64,000 nucleotides of DNA from an uncultured Candidatus Rokubacteria bacterium (GTDB lineage: Bacteria > Methylomirabilota > Methylomirabilia > Rokubacteriales > CSP1-6), in NCBI GenBank assembly GCA_963771355.1, contig CAVYTA010000006.1:2240001-2304000 (forward strand). The letters are read 5' to 3'. The notes beneath the pieces are model-generated. The model made no database searches, was not told the origin of the DNA, and saw only the letters and a list, made by a program, of their open reading frames with translations. Position 1 is the stretch's first letter; the number at the start of each line of letters is the position of its first letter. Positions 63,135 to 64,000 of this stretch are shown piece by piece. The position numbers and the translations under genes were made by a program.

Positions 63135-64000
63135 ATGGTGACCCTCGAGGAGCTTGTCGGCCGGCGGCTGGTGTTCGGGCTGGTGGGTCCGGACCTCACG
63201 GACACCGACGTGCGCCTGTTCCGCGATACGCATGCGGGCGGGATCATGCTCTATCGCCGCAACTTCGAGACGCCCGAGCGCTTCCGCGCCCTCATCGACG
63301 GGCTGGAGGAGGCGCTGGGCCGGCGGCTCCTCATCACCACCGACCACGAGGGCGGCCGCATCATCATGCTCAACCGCGGGGTGACCATCTTCCCCGACGG
63401 GCTCGCCGCCGGCGCCTCGGCCGACGCGCACTTCGTGCAGCGGCAGGGGCTCATCGAGGGGCGCGAGCTGCGGCGGCTCGGCGTGGACGTCAACTTCGCC
63501 CCGGTGCTGGACGTCCTCACCGAGCGCTACAGCCCGAACATCGGCATCCGCTCCTACGGCAAGGATCCCGCGCTGGTCGGGCGGCTCGGCGCCGCGCGCA
63601 TCCGCGGGATGCAGGCGGCGGGGCTCTCCGCCTGCGCCAAGCACTTCCCCGGCAAGGGCCACGCCCCCGTGGACGCGCACCTGGGGCTCCCCGTCATCGA
63701 CTCCGACTGGGCGGAGATGCACGCGGGGCACCTCCCGCCCTTTCTGGCCGCCATGGAGGCGGGCGTGGACTGCATCATGACCTCGCACCCGCTCTATCCC
63801 CGCCTCGACCCCGCCGCCCGCATGCCCGCGTCGTTCTCGCGGCTCATCGTCACCGACTATCTGCGCGGCGAGGTCGGCTACCGCGGCGTCATCATCTCCG
63901 ACGACCTCGAGATGGGCGCCATCGGCGAGCTCTGTCCCATCGGCGAGGCGACGGTGCGCACCGCGGCGGCGGGCCACGATCTCCTCCTCGTGTGCCACAC
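63135..64000 (+). CDS. nagZ: GH3 beta-N-acetylhexosaminidase (partial, runs off window end)
   Basis: Manual translation: DHEGGR, NFAPVLDV, IGIRSYG, KHFPGKG...DAH, IMTSH, ISDDLEMGA. Confidence 0.88.
   Translation, partial: MVTLEELVGRRLVFGLVGPDLTDTDVRLFRDTHAGGIMLYRRNFETPERFRALIDGLEEALGRRLLITTDHEGGRIIMLNRGVTIFPDGLAAGASADAHFVQRQGLIEGRELRRLGVDVNFAPVLDVLTERYSPNIGIRSYGKDPALVGRLGAARIRGMQAAGLSACAKHFPGKGHAPVDAHLGLPVIDSDWAEMHAGHLPPFLAAMEAGVDCIMTSHPLYPRLDPAARMPASFSRLIVTDYLRGEVGYRGVIISDDLEMGAIGELCPIGEATVRTAAAGHDLLLVCH

Overview
High-GC bacterial chromosome segment. Gene content, a DZR-cyclase-AAA-TPR protein and the style of intergenic repeats suggest Candidatus Rokubacteria/Methylomirabilota (inference, not verified). 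Left to right: murA(partial)-prmC-prfA-rpmE-rho-surA-like-mfd; a small accessory patch (DUF4231/SLATT-like, hypothetical, OsmC, SnoaL-like); a partial Fo operon atpZ-I-B-E followed by rex; an Fe/thiamine-type ABC operon with an embedded esterase; a glycerol-phosphate cluster (glpK, GDPD, ugpE-A-B, glpD, HAD-IIA) downstream of an orphan nuoL-M-N. Next come a ~2 kb decayed integrative island bounded by a 14-bp direct repeat and carrying four Cys/His microproteins, an M23 peptidase, an IclR-LLM oxidoreductase-unknown partner-UGSC selenoprotein-TRAP operon, and a type III PKS/methyltransferase/FAD-oxygenase cluster. The right end holds acyl-CoA genes, an S8 peptidase-ATP-grasp-two microprotein operon next to a STAND-type class III cyclase, an SDR, an IlvD/Edd dehydratase and peptidoglycan recycling genes (murQ, NamZ-like, nagZ partial). 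Best leads: (1) a hidden in-frame UGA (U-G-S-C, GrdB/PrdB-like) selenoprotein within an uptake/redox operon of unknown substrate; (2) the S8/ATP-grasp/microprotein operon; (3) the microprotein island with a thrice-repeated palindrome. Two genes carry clustered 1-nt indels that may be assembly errors. No rRNA, tRNA or CRISPR array was found.
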